Origin: a virus
IMG/VR virus record: IMGVR_UViG_3300023174_000145
Location: 10,409-74,408 of that record
DNA: 64,000 nt
Strand: one strand, 5' to 3'
The position numbers and the translations under genes were made by a program. Shown one piece after another: positions 63,724-64,000 of this stretch. A model generated the notes under the pieces. It did not search any database and had not been told where the DNA came from. It saw only the letters and a program-made list of their open reading frames with translations. Within the stretch, counting starts at the first letter, position 1, and every line of letters begins with the position of its first letter.

Positions 63724-64000
63724 ATGTTTGACTTTATCACCAATCCACTAGGCGACTTAGTTCACTTTATCGGTAATGTGTTTCAGTTCTTTGCTGTTGT
63801 TATCGTTGTATTTCTTGTTGCTATTGTTGCCGTTATCCCTTTTGCTATGAAGTGGTTCGCTATCAACCTTGCTAAAACTGTTGTAGTGGAAACCGCTAAA
63901 CTTGTAGAGGTTGCTAGTGCTAACTCACAAATAAAAAATGCGGTGAACACAATCGCAACGCAACTAACTAACACATCTAACGCACTAAAGGAAAACAAAA
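63724..64000 (+). CDS. Membrane protein, runs off the window
   Basis: Manual translation MFDFITNPLGDLVHFIGNVFQFFAVVIVVFLVAIVAVIPFAMKWF...; GAAAGG RBS; open to 64000. Confidence 0.7.
   Translation, partial: MFDFITNPLGDLVHFIGNVFQFFAVVIVVFLVAIVAVIPFAMKWFAINLAKTVVVETAKLVEVASANSQIKNAVNTIATQLTNTSNALKENK

Noticed and set aside
1-64000. tRNA/rRNA genes, integrase, endolysin, genetic-code reassignment
   Set aside because: None recognised; long ORFs translate intact in the standard code. A short ncRNA could be missed by eye.

Overview
A 64-kb slice of a large, AT-rich, siphovirus-type dsDNA phage genome, almost entirely transcribed from the minus strand. Leaderless promoters, class II RNR, DnaE, and the Cas4/RecA/RuvC block suggest an actinobacterial host and resemble large Streptomyces/freshwater actinophages (inference). 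Left to right: a partial GDP-mannose 4,6-dehydratase; terminase; a glycosyltransferase and Nmad-like gene; a recombination/replication block (RuvC-like, Cas4-like, RecA, MazG, DnaE, SSB, primase, DnaB); a phosphoesterase and HNH; minor tail genes; a 3814-aa tape measure protein (TMP); frameshifted tail chaperones; major tail, neck, capsid, protease/scaffold and portal genes; a LamG-type tail protein; NrdJ; a second glycosyltransferase; holin-like genes; an AT-rich gap; Hsp20; and the start of a divergent early region. The standout is the TMP. About 1,700 residues in its middle form a tandem array of six unrelated ~235-315-aa cassettes, each preceded by the linker (F/L)QSGGRVNN(F/Y)A. By motif these are two R-S-ExE ADP-ribosyltransferases, an H-Y-type ART, a HipA/PI3K-like kinase, an unknown domain and an HNH-like domain. 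This looks like a modular, possibly proteolytically processed effector polyprotein injected with the DNA. All domain calls come from motif recognition by eye, not from database searches.
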